Assembly (NCBI GenBank): GCA_002269645.1 | Contig: NIVC01003089.1 | Coordinates: 56,202 to 120,201, forward strand | Length of the DNA: 64,000 nt | Direction of reading: 5' to 3' | From: Macrostomum lignano | Taxonomy: Eukaryota | Part shown: one piece after another, positions 63,478 to 64,000 of the stretch | Layout of the letters: each line of letters opens with the position of its first letter | Numbering within the stretch: the stretch's first letter is position 1 | Notes under the pieces: generated by a model | Database searches by the model: none | Told to the model about the DNA's origin: nothing | Seen by the model: only the letters and a program-made list of their open reading frames with translations | Made by a program: the position numbers and the translations under genes

Positions 63478-64000
63478 TCAGGCGAATACGGAAAGCCCCT
63501 CCCAAGTCAATCCAATATTCACCCGTAACACTGTTGGGCAGAACCAGCTGGATGCAGAGAGGTGCTGGCTGCTGCACTTCATTAGCGGCGCAGGCTGAAC
63601 CTCAGTCTGGTGGCGTGGTGCAGGCGCGGCCTGAGTCCATGGCGTGAGGCCTGAGTGCCATATCGTGGTGGAGGCGCAGGCCTGGTCCATATCGCGTCAG
63701 TGTCGGACAGGCTGACTTCGCCGCAGGCTGAACCTCAGTCGGTGGCGGCGGTGGTGGAGGCGCAGGGCCTGAGTCCATATCGCGAATCACGTCGGACAGG
63801 CTGACTTCTGCCAGCATCCTGGCACGCTCCATATTTTTTTCCGGGAACAGGGATTGCACGCCGCTGCTGCTGCTGTTGCATTTCTTGCTGCTCCTGTGCT
63901 TCAGGCTCACCATCGAGGTTCTCGAAGAAAGCGGTGTCCAGCTCATTCAGCTCGAAGTCAGGGGTGCCACCTCCATCAGCAGCATCAAGCAGGGGAGCTC
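63478..64000 (-). CDS. Partial, frameshifted acidic/Gln/Pro-rich ORF, probably element cargo; 5' end outside the window
   Basis: Frames read ...DFELNELDTAFFENLDGEPEAQEQQEMQQQQQ.., then ..EVSLSDVIRDMDSGPAPPPPPPPTEVQPA..; GC-rich and intronless, with an internal imperfect duplication. Confidence 0.4.

Larger units (their letters stand above)
49378..64000. mobile_element. Endogenous Polinton/Maverick (adintovirus-like) element; right end outside the window
   Basis: Complete intronless core set: integrase, minor and major capsid, protease, ATPase and pPolB. The left end is tentatively placed at AGTAGTAG (49378), matching the 5'-AG repeat termini known for Polintons. Confidence 0.93.

Overview
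Eukaryotic (animal) genomic DNA in two parts. Positions 1 to ~49,300 are host sequence, roughly 40% tandem repeat by my hand estimate. They hold a minus-strand, intron-fragmented protocadherin (signal peptide, 7 cadherin repeats, TM; ATG 27753) whose introns each carry their own minisatellite and whose likely last exon is duplicated in a ~3.8 kb tandem block. They also hold a plus-strand spliced gene ending in an Rbx1/APC11-type RING behind a long 8-aa-repeat region, tRNA-Ser(CGA), a P-like MITE with 8-bp TSD and a full-length tRNA-derived SINE with 13-bp TSD. Positions ~49,378 to the window end are an endogenous Polinton/Maverick (adintovirus-like) element: integrase-chromodomain, minor and major capsid, basic core protein, adenain-like protease, packaging ATPase, DEDD-like nuclease and a convergent protein-primed PolB broken by about ten 1-nt frameshifts. 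The strongest candidate for an undescribed system is that this element also encodes a divergent TBP and a tandem-PC4 protein, a possible virus-borne Pol II initiation or hijacking module. All protein assignments are by motif recognition only; no database search was possible. The host lineage is not determined (a lophotrochozoan such as a flatworm is a guess).
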